Source: Thermoplasmata archaeon (lineage in GTDB: Archaea; Thermoplasmatota; Thermoplasmata; Lutacidiplasmatales; UBA184). From it: a stretch of DNA of 64,000 nucleotides. Both the position numbers and the translations under genes were made by a program. Of the stretch, positions 18,850 to 29,042 are shown piece after piece. The notes below the pieces were generated by a model that made no database searches, was not told where the DNA came from, and worked only from the letters and a program-made list of their open reading frames with translations. The stretch is from positions 8,952 to 72,951 of the forward strand of contig DAHUXZ010000006.1 of the NCBI GenBank assembly GCA_027315455.1, written 5' to 3'. Position 1 is the stretch's first letter. The number at the start of each line of letters is the position of its first letter.

Positions 18850-19433
18850 GACCTCGCCCCGCGGCCGACGTCGATCGTCTCGTCGACGATGAGGCTCAGC
18901 ATCTGGTCGAGCGGCGACGCGGCGTCGTCGGAGACGTCGAGGACGACGGCGAGGACCTGCCGGCTCTTGAGATTGTTGAGGAGGATGTGGAAGAACTCGC
19001 TCAGGAGGTCCGGGGGATTGTGGATCGCGAGCGAGTTCACCGAGTCGACCACGACCGTCGCATGCGGGGCCGCCGTGCGCCGAAGGAGGTACTCGACCCG
19101 GAGCATGATGTCCTCGAGCATCCGCGGGCTCTCGACGTACGAGGCGTTGGGAAGCGGATTGCGGTAGTTCATCATGATGTGGCTGATCGCGTCGACGAAC
19201 GAGACGCGGTCCCGGGGGACGTCGAGCGCCTCCGCGAGCGACCAGACGAGCGACGCGGGGTTCGTCACGGAGACGTAGATCGTGTGCGCCCCGGTCTCGA
19301 TACCCACGTCCCGCAGGGTGGCGCTGAGGACGTTGAAGTACTGGTCCGCGTACTGGCGCGGGTCGAGCCGCAGGGCGACGGCGGCGCCCCCCGTGAGCGT
19401 CCGCAGACGCTCGCCAAGATCGGCCCCCCCCAC
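18846..19433 (-). CDS. Degenerate RecA/KaiC-fold protein (no Walker A)
   Basis: IYVSVTNP, FVDAIS, VVVDSVNSL, IVDETI strand pattern; lies between two KaiC-like genes. Confidence 0.65.
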   Translation of the reverse strand: MGGADLGERLRTLTGGAAVALRLDPRQYADQYFNVLSATLRDVGIETGAHTIYVSVTNPASLVWSLAEALDVPRDRVSFVDAISHIMMNYRNPLPNASYVESPRMLEDIMLRVEYLLRRTAAPHATVVVDSVNSLAIHNPPDLLSEFFHILLNNLKSRQVLAVVLDVSDDAASPLDQMLSLIVDETIDVGRGARS

Positions 19434-20207
19434 CTAGCCTCCTTCCTGGTGGCCGCCTTTGAGGTGGGGCGCCATCAGCATCCCGATCGGGGTGAGCTCG
19501 ATGACGTACTGCGCGCGGGAGTGGGACGTCCCCCGCATCTTGATCACCTGCAGGACCCGGATGATGTCGCCCTGGCGCCGGGTGTTGCCGAGGAGGATGA
19601 CCCCGTCCACGATCGCTTCCTCCACCCCGTAGAGGGACAGGCGGCCCGGGCTCTGGGCGACCTCCGAGACGAGGAGGGTCGTGCAGTCGACCGCCGAGAG
19701 CGCCTGGCTCAGCTTGAGCATGAAGTCCCGGATCCGTTCCTCCTTGCGGATGCGGTAGCAGACGGAGGTCAGGGAGTCGAGGACGACCCGCTTCGCCCCG
19801 AGCTCGGTCACCAGGCCCTGGATCGTGAGGACCAGGAGGTCGACGTCCTCCGCGGTCATCTCCTCGCGGTCGAGTCCGAGGCGGTCGTAGATCACCGGGA
19901 CGTCGACGAAGACGAGGGCGCCGGAGGTCACCAGGTCGGCGCGGAAGAACTCGAACGTCGAGAGGTTCTGGATGAGCTTGTCCGAGGCCTCGGTCACCGA
20001 GAGGAACAGCGACCGCTCGCCCCGCTCCGCTCCCCGTACGAGGAACTCGAGCGTGAGGGTCGTCTTTCCGGTGCCCACGCTCCCGGAGACGAGGATCATG
20101 TTCCCGCGCGGGATCCCCCCGCCGAGGATGTCGTCGAGCCCCTGGATCCCTGTCGCGCACCGTTCGCGCCCCGGCGGCGAAACGCTCTCGGGTGCCGGGG
20201 CGTCCAT
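19434..20207 (-). CDS. Single-domain KaiC/RAD55-family ATPase
   Basis: TGIQGLDDILGGGIP, GSVGTGKT, VVLDS, IVDGVILL, KMRGT. Confidence 0.92.
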   Translation of the reverse strand: MDAPAPESVSPPGRERCATGIQGLDDILGGGIPRGNMILVSGSVGTGKTTLTLEFLVRGAERGERSLFLSVTEASDKLIQNLSTFEFFRADLVTSGALVFVDVPVIYDRLGLDREEMTAEDVDLLVLTIQGLVTELGAKRVVLDSLTSVCYRIRKEERIRDFMLKLSQALSAVDCTTLLVSEVAQSPGRLSLYGVEEAIVDGVILLGNTRRQGDIIRVLQVIKMRGTSHSRAQYVIELTPIGMLMAPHLKGGHQEGG

Positions 20208-20231
20208 CGAGGCGAGAGGCGACCGCCTACC

Positions 20232-22727
20232 CTAAGAGGGTTTCTCCGGCCGCGCAAGCGCGACGCGCGTTCGCACGGCGGCCCAGCGGGCCGAAGCCCA
20301 GGCGAGCTCCGCCGGGTCGACGGAGGGGCCGAGAAGGCCCGCGAGCGCCTCGCGGCGGATCGCCCATCGGCCGGCGTTCCCGTGGCCCGCGTCGTCGAAG
20401 GCCCCGGCGCGCCCGAGGCGGCTTCCCGCCTCCCGCACCGCGTCCCCCGCGCGGTCGACCTCGGCCCGCAGGTCCGACAGGGCGACCTCGAGCGTCGGGA
20501 GGTCGCTTTCGAGGAACCCCGCCCAAAGGGTGAGGAGGACCCCCCGCGCGGTCCCCGGTCCGGCCCGCTCGCCGGCCGGGGATAGGATCGGCGCGGGCGT
20601 CGGCGACGCCGGGGCGTTGGTGGTCGTCGGGCCGGCCGCCGCGGGGTCCTCCTCCTCGGGAGCGACCACGTACGGCCGCGAGGATTCCCGTGCGGCGTTA
20701 AGCGCGTCTCCCTCGGCCGCGGCCGGCGGCGGCGGGCTCGTGCGGAGCCAGTCGATCCGTCCGCCCTTTCCGATGAGGGCGAGGGCCTCGCCGCGCGGCA
20801 GCCCGAGCATCATTTCGGGCGAGAGGGAAGGGTGCCATCGGGCGAACTCGCGGGCCTCCTCGGGCGCCCCGCGGAAGACCACGAAGTCCGCCACGTTCGT
20901 GAGCGTCGCCTCCCGCACCGCCTCCGGCAGCGCCGCGAGCGCCTGCGTGGCGAGGACGAGATGGAGATTGGCGCGGCGCCCGAGGCGGAGCATCTCCGCG
21001 ACCGCGTCATGCGCGTACCACTGCGCCTCGTCGAGCAGGAGGAACGTCTTCTCCGACCCGTCCCGGCCCAGGAGCTCGGAGGCGGCGAGGGCCAGATGCA
21101 CCGAGAGCAGGTAGCGGGCCGTCGACTCGCCGACGACCGGCGCTTCCCCGAGGAAGAGGGTGATGCGGCGGCCGCCGGTCAGTTGGCGCACCGACCAGCG
21201 GGGCTCGCGGGCGCACAGGAGCTGGCGCAGGACCGTGCGGCCCGTGATCTCGAAGAGGAGGCGGCGCGCCCCGTCGACCTCTTCCGGACGCTCGAGGACC
21301 CGCTGCCGCAGCTCCTCGACCGCCGGCCGGGCCGAGGGGAAGACCGCCCCGGGTCGCTGCCGCGACGCTCCCAATAGCGCCTCCGCGTCGACGATCGTCC
21401 CGCCGGGGGTCGCCGCCGCGGCCGCCAGGGCGCGGCGTACCATCTCCTCGATCCGGGGCCCCCAGAACGGGGTGTCCGCGTAGCGCGCGGCGCGTACCCG
21501 GCGCAGGGCATCGACCAGATCTCCGAGCCCCCGCTCCGCGTTGACCGCCCCGCGGTCCGGGCCGACGGCGGCCAGGGCGTTGACGGCCACCGGCGACTCC
21601 CGGGGGGCGATGAGGACGACCCGGGACCGGGCGGCCACGGGCAGGCAGGCGAGGAGGCGAAGCCCCGTGTCGCCGACCGGGTCGAAGAGGGCCACGTTCC
21701 CGACCTGGGAGGCCGCGAGGGCGACCCGAATGAGGAGCGAGCTCTTTCCCATTCCGGTCTCGCCGACGATGGCGAGGTGCCGGCCCTGGCGCCGTTCGAG
21801 GGGCAGGGTCAACGCTTCGCCGTGGCGCGAGGTGCCGAGCGCGAGCGCGATCGCGTCGGTCGTCGGGCGCACCGGTGCGGCCACGAACTGCACGGAGGGA
21901 CCGGGAAGGGCGCCCAGCAGTTCGCTCTCCCGGAGCGGGAGATCGGCGTACGCTGATCCCAGGATCGGCCAGGGCCGGCGGAAGACGAATCCGTCGGTCC
22001 CCGGCTGCCGCGCGGCCGCCTCCGCCACCCGGACCGCGGCCGCGATGCACGAATCGGACATGGCCCGCGCCGCCTCGACGTGGATCGTCACCCGCCAGAC
22101 CGGCTCGAGGGCCCGCGCGTCGATGCGGTCGCGCAGCTCGCGCTCGGTATCGGTGAGCGGCGCCAGCCGCCCGCCGACCGGCACGACCGCGGCCTCGACC
22201 CCCGGGGGTCTTGGCCTCCGGGGGGGCGGCGCGGGGCCGGCGGGGACGGCGCTGAGGACGATCTCGGGGCCGAAGGGGAGGATGCGGAGGGCCTCGACGA
22301 GCCCGTCGGACCAGGGCGCGGGGTCGGTCGCGGGCAACGGGAGGCCGCCTCCCGTGCGCAGCGCCGCCCGACGCACAACGCGCGCCCGGGGCCGCGTGCG
22401 CCCGGGATCGACCGCACGGACCCACTGGCCGGCCTCGTAGCCCGCCAGAAGGAGCCGCCCGGCCCAGCGGGCGGAGCCCGGGTCGGGGGCCGCCAGCTCG
22501 ACCCGAGGAGCGGGGCCGGGGACCCATCGGAGCTCGAACCGGCAGCCGAGCGCGTGGCCGATGCGCAGGGCTTCCCGAAGCCGGACCTCCCGGCGCCGCA
22601 GCTCCTCGGGGGTGCGCCGAACGATGCGCGATTCGAAGCGCCAGCGGACCGGCGCGGGCGATGGGTTCGCGCGTCCAGGGCGTTGGTTTAGGCGGCCCAC
22701 AGCGCCGGCGAGACCGACCCCAACCAC
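20232..22727 (-). CDS. HerA/VirB4/VirD4-superfamily ATPase with long N-terminal domain (start uncertain)
   Basis: RHLAIVGETGMGKS, LFDPVGD, FWGPR, LLLDEAQ, LATQ, LPRGEA. Confidence 0.8.
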   Translation of the reverse strand: MVGVGLAGAVGRLNQRPGRANPSPAPVRWRFESRIVRRTPEELRRREVRLREALRIGHALGCRFELRWVPGPAPRVELAAPDPGSARWAGRLLLAGYEAGQWVRAVDPGRTRPRARVVRRAALRTGGGLPLPATDPAPWSDGLVEALRILPFGPEIVLSAVPAGPAPPPRRPRPPGVEAAVVPVGGRLAPLTDTERELRDRIDARALEPVWRVTIHVEAARAMSDSCIAAAVRVAEAAARQPGTDGFVFRRPWPILGSAYADLPLRESELLGALPGPSVQFVAAPVRPTTDAIALALGTSRHGEALTLPLERRQGRHLAIVGETGMGKSSLLIRVALAASQVGNVALFDPVGDTGLRLLACLPVAARSRVVLIAPRESPVAVNALAAVGPDRGAVNAERGLGDLVDALRRVRAARYADTPFWGPRIEEMVRRALAAAAATPGGTIVDAEALLGASRQRPGAVFPSARPAVEELRQRVLERPEEVDGARRLLFEITGRTVLRQLLCAREPRWSVRQLTGGRRITLFLGEAPVVGESTARYLLSVHLALAASELLGRDGSEKTFLLLDEAQWYAHDAVAEMLRLGRRANLHLVLATQALAALPEAVREATLTNVADFVVFRGAPEEAREFARWHPSLSPEMMLGLPRGEALALIGKGGRIDWLRTSPPPPAAAEGDALNAARESSRPYVVAPEEEDPAAAGPTTTNAPASPTPAPILSPAGERAGPGTARGVLLTLWAGFLESDLPTLEVALSDLRAEVDRAGDAVREAGSRLGRAGAFDDAGHGNAGRWAIRREALAGLLGPSVDPAELAWASARWAAVRTRVALARPEKPS

Positions 22728-22823
22728 CTTCGCATGCCCCCCGGCGAGGGATGAACGGTGGGCCGGCGGCCTTCGCTAGTCTCAAGTAGGCCCCACCGTC
22801 CCCGTGAGGGACTGGCGGACGGC

Positions 22824-23942
22824 ATGGCATCCATCGAGGAGCAGATCGACGCCCTCGAGGAGGAGATCCGCACCACCCAGTACAACAAGGCGACCCAGCA
22901 CCACATCGGACGGCTGCGCGCGAAGATCGCGTTCCTCCGGCTCGAGCGCGAGAAGCGCGCCGTGGGAAAGGGCGGGGGGGTCGGCTACGCCGTGCGCAAG
23001 TCCGGCCACGCGACGGTGGGGCTGGTCGGCTACCCGTCGGTCGGCAAGTCGACGCTCCTCACCACCCTCACCGGCGCCATGAGCGAGGCGGGGGCCTACG
23101 ACTTCACGACGGTATCGATCATCCCGGGGATGCTCCGCTACGGCGGCGCATCGATCCAGATCCTCGACATGCCCGGGCTCGTCCCCGGGGCCTCCCGCGG
23201 CCGCGGGCGCGGACGCGAGGTGCTCTCCGTCGTCCGGAACGTCGACCTCATCCTGTTCCTCATCGACCCCGACCACACCGACTTCCAGGCGCTCGTCAAC
23301 GAGCTCGAGGGCGCCGGCGTTCGGGTCAACGGACGGCCGCCGAAGATCGTGGTGACCCGGGCCGACCGCGGGGGGCTGACCATCTCCTCCACCGTGCGCC
23401 TGACGCATCTCGCCGGCGGGCTGGCGATCCCGATCGCCCGCGAGTTCGGCCTGCACAACGGCCTCATCGTCTTCCGCGAGGACGCGACCGCCGACCAGCT
23501 CATCGACGCCCTCGCCGGCAACCGCGTCTACGTGCCGGCGATCCTCGCGATCAACAAGGCGGACCTCCTGACCAACACCGAGAGGGAGCGCATGCGCGCC
23601 TCGGCCCGGCCCTTGGAGCCGCTGTTCGTCTCGGCGCGGACCGGGGTCGGTCGCGCCGAGCTCATCCGGGCCGTCGCCGAGGCGCTGCGGTTCATCCGCA
23701 TCTACGTCAAGCCCCCCGGCCGCCCGCCCGACCGGGACGAGCCCGTCATCCTTCGGCGCGGAGACCGCGTGGGGGATCTGTTGAAGCGCCTCCCCGAGGA
23801 CCTCGAGCGCGGGTTCCGCGCCGCCCAGGTCTGGGGCCCGAGCGCGCGGTTCCCGGGCCAGACCGTCGGGCGCGAGCACCTGCTCGCCGACGAGGACGTC
23901 ATCACCGTCGTCGTTCAGCGCGGGGTCCGGCCCGGCGACTGA
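22824..23942 (+). CDS. DRG-family GTPase with TGS domain
   Basis: YNKATQHHIG, GYPSVGKS, YDFTT, DMPG, NKAD, VWGPSARFPGQTVG. Confidence 0.93.
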   Translation: MASIEEQIDALEEEIRTTQYNKATQHHIGRLRAKIAFLRLEREKRAVGKGGGVGYAVRKSGHATVGLVGYPSVGKSTLLTTLTGAMSEAGAYDFTTVSIIPGMLRYGGASIQILDMPGLVPGASRGRGRGREVLSVVRNVDLILFLIDPDHTDFQALVNELEGAGVRVNGRPPKIVVTRADRGGLTISSTVRLTHLAGGLAIPIAREFGLHNGLIVFREDATADQLIDALAGNRVYVPAILAINKADLLTNTERERMRASARPLEPLFVSARTGVGRAELIRAVAEALRFIRIYVKPPGRPPDRDEPVILRRGDRVGDLLKRLPEDLERGFRAAQVWGPSARFPGQTVGREHLLADEDVITVVVQRGVRPGD

Positions 23943-24666
23943 CGGGCGGCGCGGACGCCCCTGCGACGAGGGCGCGCGTCGGCCGTCCCCCGAGAAGGAA
24001 GTGGCGCTTGTGGAACGGCTCGAGCGCGATCGTCTCCTCGATCTCGAAGGGCCCCTCGAGCCGATCCTCCGCCTCGTCCCGGTGGCGGCGCGGGTCCTTC
24101 TCCCGGCCCATGCTCGAGGTCTTGAGGGCGAGGAGCAGCGCCCCGCTCCCCCGGAGGAACAGCCGGGCGTTCGCGAGGGCCAGGTCGACCTGGTCGGGTT
24201 GCGCGACGTCGAGGTAGAGACCGTCCACGAGAGGGACCCGGTCGAGATACGCCTCCGGTCGGCGGGCGTCGGCGAGGACCGGTAGCAGGTTCGGGTACCG
24301 GCCCCCGAGCGCGAGGAGGCGCGCGAACGGGCGCAGGCTGCGCTCGACCGCGTAGACCCGCCCCTCCCGGCCGACGAGGTCGGCGACGTGGGAGGCCGTC
24401 GTCCCCGTCGCCGCGCCGAGGTAGAGCCATCGCTCCCCCGGGGACGGGAGCGGCCCGGTCCAGCCGCGGGCGAGCGCGGCGCCGAGCTTGCTGCGGTACG
24501 GGTCCCAGCGGCGGAGCGGCCGATCGCCGACGTAGGCGATCCGCTCGCCGTAGACCGCCGGGGGATCGCCCAGGGCCTCGGTCCAGAACTCGGCCCGACG
24601 GTCCTCCTCACGACGGTAGAGGTGCCCCCCGACCGGACCGGGCCGGTCCGCCCGGCGCCGGGTCAT
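23902..24666 (-). CDS. flpA: Fibrillarin-like rRNA/tRNA 2'-O-methyltransferase
   Basis: VYGE, WDPYRSKLGA, LYLGAATGTTASH, DVAQPDQ, LEPFH. Confidence 0.93.
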   Translation of the reverse strand: MTRRRADRPGPVGGHLYRREEDRRAEFWTEALGDPPAVYGERIAYVGDRPLRRWDPYRSKLGAALARGWTGPLPSPGERWLYLGAATGTTASHVADLVGREGRVYAVERSLRPFARLLALGGRYPNLLPVLADARRPEAYLDRVPLVDGLYLDVAQPDQVDLALANARLFLRGSGALLLALKTSSMGREKDPRRHRDEAEDRLEGPFEIEETIALEPFHKRHFLLGGRPTRALVAGASAPPVSRRAGPRAERRR

Positions 24667-25526
24667 CCCTGCCTCCGCAGCTGCTCGACGCGCCGGTCCC
24701 GGCGGGCGACGAGCGCCGCCGCGACGTCGGCGTGGGTGTAGGCATCGGCCCGCGCGGCGATCACGGCCAGCGCGGCCAGCGACCGGGCGTAGCGGCCGCG
24801 GCGATCCGGGGGGACGTCGGCCATCCGCGCGGCGCGGTAGAGGAGACCGAACCGGGGGCCGTGCCCGCTCGGACGCCGGCGGGCCCCGAGGATCTGCAGA
24901 CGCGCGCCGGTCGAGCGCGCCAGCGCCTCGAATCCGCCGGCGGCGGCCAGGAGGCGCGCCGCGATGCGGGGGCCGACGAGGACCGAGAGGTTGGGGAGGG
25001 TCGCCCGCGCGAGGCGTTCCAGGCGGGCGGCCAAGCGCTCGTGGTGCTCGCGCTGGGAGAGGAGGAAGCGGTCGTGGTCCCGGGCGTACTCGGCGAGCTC
25101 GCCGGTCGGCCCGGGAAGGAACTGCTCCTTCGCGCCGGTCTCCCGCCCGACGGTCCGCTCGACCCGCTCCTCCTCGCGGGCGAGGGCGATCAGCGTCTCG
25201 ACCGGGGCGGCGAGGGCCTTCTCGAGGTCCGCGCGCGCCCGCGTGAGGATCCACGCCCGCTCCTCGGCCGCGACCGGTAGGGGGAGCGCTTCCCTCGCCC
25301 GGCGCAGCTCGGCGACCCCGGCGGGATGCACGGCCACGCCGAGCGCCGTGGCGCTCGCGACGAGGGACGGGTCCACGCACCCGACCGCCCCGCGGCCGGG
25401 CCGGGGCAGGAGCGCGCGGAGGTTCTCGGGAAGGGGCCCGGACGACCATGGCGCCCCCACCGGCGGGCGCCCCGCCTCGACCCAGTACGCGCGCGGGCCC
25501 TCCCGCAGGAGGACGCCGTCCGCCAC
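24663..25526 (-). CDS. Short, divergent Nop5 (Nop56/58) C/D RNP protein
   Basis: PNLSVLVGPRIAARLL, LQILGA, RGRYARSLA..IAARADA; directly upstream of fibrillarin. Confidence 0.8.
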   Translation of the reverse strand: MADGVLLREGPRAYWVEAGRPPVGAPWSSGPLPENLRALLPRPGRGAVGCVDPSLVASATALGVAVHPAGVAELRRAREALPLPVAAEERAWILTRARADLEKALAAPVETLIALAREEERVERTVGRETGAKEQFLPGPTGELAEYARDHDRFLLSQREHHERLAARLERLARATLPNLSVLVGPRIAARLLAAAGGFEALARSTGARLQILGARRRPSGHGPRFGLLYRAARMADVPPDRRGRYARSLAALAVIAARADAYTHADVAAALVARRDRRVEQLRRQG

Positions 25527-25529
25527 CCC

Positions 25530-26936
25530 CTAGAACTCCTCCAGCGACCTCTGGAATCGCCGGTGCTCCTGCGGGACCTCGACCGGATACCGACCGGTGA
25601 GGCAGCCCAGACAGAGGTTCTCCTCGCGCAGGCCGATCGCCTCGACCAGGCCGGCCATCGACAGGTAATGGACGCTGTCCGCGCCGATGAGCTTCGCGAC
25701 CTCCTCTTCCGACCGTCCCGCCGCGACGAGCTCCTTGCGCTCCTTCATGTCGATGCCGAAGTAGCACGGCGCCACGATCGGCGGGCAGCCGATCCGCACG
25801 TCGACGCGGAGGGCGCCCGCGTTGCGGACCATCGCCACGATCTCACGGAGCGTCGTCCCGCGGACGATCGAGTCGTCCAGGAGGACGATCCGTCGTCCCT
25901 TGAGGAGACCGGGGACCGGGTGGAGCTTCACCCGCACCTCCTCCTCGCGACGCTTCTGGTCCGGGAGGATGAACGTCCGCTCCACGAACCGGTTCTTGAT
26001 CAGCCCCTCGGCGTACGGGATCCCCGCGACCTCGGAGAAGCCGAGGGCCTGCGGCCGGGACGAGTCCGGCACCGGCATCACCACGTCGGCCTCGACGGGC
26101 GACTCCTGCGCGAGCCGCTGGCCGATGCGGTGGCGGACATCGTAGACGCTCCGTTCGTCGACCACGCTGTCGGGGCGGGAGAAGTACACCCATTCGAACA
26201 TGCAGTGGGCCCGCTCGCCGTTCGTCGCCATGCGGCTCGAGTGGGCGACCTGGCCCTTTTCGAGGACCACGACCTCGCCGGGGAGCACGTCGCGCGTGAG
26301 TTGGCCGCCCATCAGCTCGAGGGCGACGGACTCGCTCGCGACGGCGACGCCCCCGTCGACGGTGCCGAGGACCAGCGGACGGATGCCGAGCGGGTCGCGG
26401 AACGCGACGACCCGGTTGCCCATGACCATCACGACCGCGTAGCCGCCGATGAGCTCGCCGCAGGCGCGGCGGATCGCGCTGTCGAGGTCCCGCGTCCGGC
26501 CGTACTCGACGGCGATCATCTGCGCCATCGTCTCGGTGTCCGCGCTGCCGAGGAACTCGACCCCCTGGGCCTGCAGCCGGCGGCGGACGCGCTCGAAGTT
26601 GACGATGTCGCCGTTGTGGGCGATGGCGGCCTCGTCGTCCTTGAGCTTCACGACGATCGGCTGGGCGTTCTCCAGGTCGCTCGTGCCGGTCGTGGAGTAG
26701 CGCACGTGGCCGATCCCGACGGGACCGCGGAGCGCCTCGAGCAGCTCGCGCGAGAAGATCTCGTGCACGAGGCCCATCCCCTTGCGGTGATGGAGGACCC
26801 CGTGGGAGGTCGTGGCGATGCCGGCGGACTCCTGGCCCCGGTGCTGGAGCGCGCGTAGTCCGCGGTAGAGGTACGGGGCGGCGCCCTTTCCCTGGAGCGA
26901 TATGCCGACGACGCCGCAGAACTCCCGGTTGGGCAT
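25530..26936 (-). CDS. purF: Amidophosphoribosyltransferase
   Basis: CGVVG after a short propeptide, LQHRGQESAG, GHVRYSTTG, LLDDSIVRGTT, Fe-S cysteines (HCMFE, PCYFG, CLGC). Confidence 0.96.
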   Translation of the reverse strand: MPNREFCGVVGISLQGKGAAPYLYRGLRALQHRGQESAGIATTSHGVLHHRKGMGLVHEIFSRELLEALRGPVGIGHVRYSTTGTSDLENAQPIVVKLKDDEAAIAHNGDIVNFERVRRRLQAQGVEFLGSADTETMAQMIAVEYGRTRDLDSAIRRACGELIGGYAVVMVMGNRVVAFRDPLGIRPLVLGTVDGGVAVASESVALELMGGQLTRDVLPGEVVVLEKGQVAHSSRMATNGERAHCMFEWVYFSRPDSVVDERSVYDVRHRIGQRLAQESPVEADVVMPVPDSSRPQALGFSEVAGIPYAEGLIKNRFVERTFILPDQKRREEEVRVKLHPVPGLLKGRRIVLLDDSIVRGTTLREIVAMVRNAGALRVDVRIGCPPIVAPCYFGIDMKERKELVAAGRSEEEVAKLIGADSVHYLSMAGLVEAIGLREENLCLGCLTGRYPVEVPQEHRRFQRSLEEF

Positions 26937-27016
26937 GACTCGGGGTGGGGGCTGTGCCTCCGCCCCGAGCTACCTTGGAATGGGTTTTAAGGCAAGCGCT
27001 GGGGGGTGGCGCCGGC

Positions 27017-27343
27017 TCAGCCGAAGAGGGCGGAGAGTCCCTCGGCCGCTTCCTCCTCGGAAACGCCCTTCTCCTCCTTCTTCTCCTCTTCCTTCTTCTC
27101 GCCCTTGCCTTCCTTCTTCTCGGCCGGTGCGGCCGGAGCGGCGGCGGGCGCGGCGAACGTCTCGGCCTTCGCCAGGACCTCGGTCAGATTCACTCCCTCG
27201 AGGGAGGCGAGCAACGCCTTCACGCGGGCCTGGTCCGGCGTGACCCCGGCGGCGGTGAGGATCTGGCTCAGCCCCTTCTCGTCGATCGGCTTGCCCGCGG
27301 CGTTGAGCAGCAGGGCTCCATACACGTACTCCATCTTGCTCAC
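27017..27343 (-). CDS. rpl12: 50S ribosomal protein L12 (P1); start 27343 or 27334
   Basis: [10 protein letters not shown], Ala-rich hinge, [13 protein letters not shown]. Confidence 0.95.
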   Translation of the reverse strand: MSKMEYVYGALLLNAAGKPIDEKGLSQILTAAGVTPDQARVKALLASLEGVNLTEVLAKAETFAAPAAAPAAPAEKKEGKGEKKEEEKKEEKGVSEEEAAEGLSALFG

Positions 27344-27365
27344 TCCTAGGTGTCTCGCTGGACCT

Positions 27366-28226
27366 TCAGTTCTTCTCGAGCGCCTTCACGGCCCGCGCCT
27401 CGCGCAGCGCCCGCGCGAGGATCGGGGTGATCGTCTCGGGAGTGGGATAGCCGGCCGCGACCGCGACCAGAAGGGCGCGGCGGTGCGCCCGGCTGAGGAG
27501 AAGCGGCGTCGACTCGGCCGTGGGGTAGGCGAGCTCGACGGCGAGGCCGAGGGCCCGGCGGTGGGCCTGGACGAGGTCGTTGCGGCGCGCGTCCAGGTCG
27601 ACCCCGAGGACCTCGGGCGGGTAGAACGTTCCCCCTTCCACCACGGCGCGGAGCTCGAGACCGACCTCGAGGGGAAAGATCTCGAGGCGGGTGAGCATCG
27701 CGGCGACGGCCGCGGGGATCGGGGCACCGGCCTTGACGATCGTGATGTCCTTCTTGAGGACGACTTTCCCCTTCTCGATCGCCGCGGGGAACCCGGCCTG
27801 CTGCAGCTCACCCACGATCGGCCCCGGCTTGAAGCTCGTGGTCTGCGCGGGCACGACGATGTCGTTCGGCGCGATCTCTCCGCCCCGCGCCGGGGTCGGC
27901 GAGCGGGTCCGATGCAGCTCCTGGAAGAGGCTGAACGGGTTGCCTTCGGCGGTCAGGACCGCCGTCTGGTCGGCCACGTGCTCGAGCAGCGGCGCGAGCG
28001 CCGGCGCGTCCTTCGCCGCCTGGGTCAGGGCGTTGCGGATCGCGCTGTTGGTCGCCACATGGATCGGGTGGCCGCGTTCGCGCAGCTCGCGCCGCATCGA
28101 CTGGAGCGCGCTCGCCGGGATCCCGCGGACCCCCACGAGGGCGATCATCGGCTGCCCGAGGACCTGGGCCTTCAGGCGAGCGACCCGTTCGGTCTTCTCG
28201 GGGCGCACGGAACCGCGACCGGGCAT
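27366..28226 (-). CDS. rpl10: 50S ribosomal protein L10 (P0)
   Basis: [21 protein letters not shown]; order L1-P0-L12. Confidence 0.93.
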   Translation of the reverse strand: MPGRGSVRPEKTERVARLKAQVLGQPMIALVGVRGIPASALQSMRRELRERGHPIHVATNSAIRNALTQAAKDAPALAPLLEHVADQTAVLTAEGNPFSLFQELHRTRSPTPARGGEIAPNDIVVPAQTTSFKPGPIVGELQQAGFPAAIEKGKVVLKKDITIVKAGAPIPAAVAAMLTRLEIFPLEVGLELRAVVEGGTFYPPEVLGVDLDARRNDLVQAHRRALGLAVELAYPTAESTPLLLSRAHRRALLVAVAAGYPTPETITPILARALREARAVKALEKN

Positions 28227-28240
28227 CGTCCGACCTCCTC

Positions 28241-28879
28241 CTACCAGAGCCGGACCGACGGCCCCATCGACGTCTTGACGTAGACGCTCTCGATGTTCGA
28301 GCGTCCGCGCTCGAGCTTGCCCACGATGCGCTGAAGGACGGCGTCCACGTTCTGGGCGAGCTGCTCCGGGGGCATCGATCGGACCCCGACCGGGGCGTGG
28401 AACGTGCGGTTGCCCTTCGAGCGGACCCGGATCGAGCGCTTGAGCGCGGCGATGAGGTTCCCCGGGTCGCTGCCCGGGGGGATCGGCCGGGGCATCTTCC
28501 CCCGGGGGCCGAGCACGACGCCGAGCCGCTTACCGATCGTGGGCATGAGCGGGGCCTCGGCCAGGAAGAAATCGATCTCGGTCACGAGCTTCTTCGCGGC
28601 CCGCTTGTCCTTGACGAGCTCGTCGAGCTCGGCCGGGGCGACCAGGAGGTCGGCCGCGCCCCGGGCCTTCTGGAGCATCTCGGGCGTGGCGAACAGGGCG
28701 ACCTTGACCGCACGCCCCCTCCCGTTCGGCAGCGGGACCTCGTCCTCGATCCGGTTCTTCGGGACGGTGAGGTCGAGCTCCTTGAGGTTGATCGCCAGCT
28801 CCACGGTCTCGCCGAACGCGCGGGCCGGGGACTTGGCGACCGCCTCATTGATGACCTCGAGAGAACTGCGATCCGCCAT
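28241..28879 (-). CDS. rpl1: 50S ribosomal protein L1
   Basis: FGETVELAINLK, LGPRGKMP, VYVKTSMG. Confidence 0.95.
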   Translation of the reverse strand: MADRSSLEVINEAVAKSPARAFGETVELAINLKELDLTVPKNRIEDEVPLPNGRGRAVKVALFATPEMLQKARGAADLLVAPAELDELVKDKRAAKKLVTEIDFFLAEAPLMPTIGKRLGVVLGPRGKMPRPIPPGSDPGNLIAALKRSIRVRSKGNRTFHAPVGVRSMPPEQLAQNVDAVLQRIVGKLERGRSNIESVYVKTSMGPSVRLW

Positions 28880-29042
28880 GGTGAACCGAGTGAGCGCGGC
28901 CGCCGAGAAGGCACCTCTACATAAAGCTTGAGGCGAGGCGCGCGCTCGTGGGCCGGCGAGGCCCGCCGCCGCGTCTCCCGGCCGTGCGCGGGCACCCGCC
29001 GTGCCCGCAACCCTTTATATTGAGTACGTCTCGGCGGAGCCG

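Noticed and set aside
18070-20207. Circadian clock (kaiABC)
   Set aside because: These are single-domain proteins without the KaiC Ser/Thr phospho-sites, and there is no kaiB.
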